From Bilabrum cf. latius (Eukaryota): a stretch of 64,000 nt of DNA. Made by a program: the position numbers and the translations under genes. Positions within the stretch are counted from its first letter, which is position 1. The number at the start of each line of letters is the position of its first letter. Positions 62,647-64,000 of the stretch are shown here, one piece after another. The DNA lies in NCBI GenBank assembly GCA_965178125.1, contig OZ237741.1, forward strand, positions 1,302,001 to 1,366,000, given 5' to 3'. Below the pieces are notes generated by a model. That model worked only from the letters and a program-made list of their open reading frames with translations, made no database searches and was not told where the DNA came from.

Positions 62647-64000
62647 TCACGACTTCCACACGAGCACTTTATGCGCCGCGCCCGCCGCCCTCGACAGCAG
62701 CACGGCAGCCGCGGAACCGGCCCCGAGACCCCCTCCCTCCTTGGCGAACGAGCTCGCTCGCGCCGCCGCCTCGTGCCCTTTCAGCTCCAGCGCCTGCGCG
62801 CGGGCGGTGGGCAGTGCACACATGGCGGACACGGCCCTGCAAGCCTGCGCCGAGGCAACGCCGGCGGCCCTCGCGGCTGCACGGGGGGCCTCCGCTGCGG
62901 TGGTGCGCGCTAGCTGCGAGCCGGCGATGGACGCCGGCGACGCAGCGGAGACCGCAGATCCCGCCGCGCCATCGCCGCTGCTTGCCGCCAGGAGCTTGGA
63001 GGGGTCAAGCACCCCCACCAGCGCACTCGTCACACCTGCCTCGTGGAACGCACGCTTGGCGTCGTCGTCCACCGCCGCCAGCGACACCAGGGAACACAGC
63101 TGGCCCAGGGCACGCACCGCTCCCATCCAGGCCGCCGCCCCCGCACTACCCCCCGCTCCCCGCGCCGCCTCGGCCCATGCCTGGAGCTGTGTCCCCACCG
63201 TGGGGCAGCCCCCCTCCTTGACGAAGGCAGCCTTGCCCCCCGACGGCACGGTGAGGCCCACGAGGGCCCTGGCCGCTGCCTCCACGATCCCTGCATCGGC
63301 TCCGGGTCCCCCTTTCTCCCTCGCGGCCAGCAGCCGCAGCACCGCGTCGATGGCACCCGCGGCCAGCGCCCCCTCGCAGCCGCTCCCACTTGCCGCCTGG
63401 GAGCAGCCGGCAAGCGATTCCAGCACTAGCCGCAGGCACCGAAGATCTTTCTCCGTGCCACACCGCTCGCAAAGCAGCTTGGGATATTCTGCGTCCACTA
63501 GGCTGTCGCAGGCGTCCCCCTGGGCCCTGGCCATCGCCTCGACGCCGGTCAGGGCCGAGAGGCGGGTGGCGGGGTCGCCATCCACAACGAATTTCCCGAG
63601 CCCAGAAAGAATGGCGCCCCTATGTTTACTTTCAACCAACCACATCCTACCTGTGGACTGCGCCATGGCGTCTCGCAAGCAATCAGAGGCTCGTCGGCGC
63701 GCCTCAACCGCAGCGAGCTGGTGCAGCTCCGAAATCAAAGTCAACATTCCGGCATCCGCCGCCTCCCTGCAAGCAGTTGGCCCTGGTATTAATCTCTAGC
63801 TGCGCTGGAGCGCGTTCAATATTACAATTTTGTCGCGTTTTGCGACCGCGGTGCGTAATCTTGACACAAGCTCTGGAAACCTGTCTCGCTCGAAGGCGAG
63901 GGTAACCGTGGAGGCCCCTTGCGGCTTGAAGTTGGACCTAGTGGCATGAACCGCATATACATCGCTAACAAATGCATCTGGAGGCCCGCCTGCAGCCGCC
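62647..64000 (-). CDS. RSPH14: Armadillo-repeat radial spoke head protein 14-like; 5' end at or beyond the window edge; in-frame TAG 63796-63798
   Basis: VTLAFERDRFPELVSRL...ALQRS*RLI, ARM-like helices, and C-terminal AAHKVLVWKS resembling the RSPH14 ...WKP end. Ends in TGA. Confidence 0.6.

Noticed and set aside
1432-63798. In-frame TAGs as pseudogenisation, random sequencing error or C-to-T damage
   Set aside because: Such processes should also create TGA (from CGA/TGG), TAA and frameshifts. None was seen in more than 20 kb of the two longest frames, and housekeeping genes are affected. Site-specific U-to-C RNA editing cannot be formally excluded without cDNA but is less parsimonious.

Overview
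Gene-dense, very GC-rich eukaryotic nuclear DNA with short GT-AG introns. It most likely comes from a flagellated stramenopile: it carries a mastigoneme-type EGF protein, BBS9 and RSPH14, and its style suggests a bicosoecid/Cafeteria-like protist (inference). The key feature is a non-standard nuclear genetic code in which TAG is a sense codon, almost certainly Gln, while TGA and apparently TAA remain stops. I traced about 60 in-frame TAGs in about 17 genes. They include the invariant Gln of the proteasome-alpha motif GRLF[TAG]VEYA and a TAG heading a poly-Gln run. None of these frames has an internal TAA or TGA, and every gene end I could trace is TGA or TAA. Reading TAG as Gln joins the fragmented ORF track into about 22 genes: PP2C, pectin-acetylesterase/Notum-like, LRR, mastigoneme-like EGF, UQCC1/Cbp3-WW, BBS9, ankyrin, a ~2,040-aa cereblon, a PX-BAR sorting nexin, a ~5,200-aa degenerate myosin-IQ-RCC1, EF-hand-CaaX, PSMA5, a transmembrane kinase, DUF962, a class I aminotransferase, HOP2, COG4, DUF4460, RSPH14 and three hypotheticals. 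I found no tRNA, rRNA, mobile element or CRISPR array. All translations and family calls were made by eye, without database searches.
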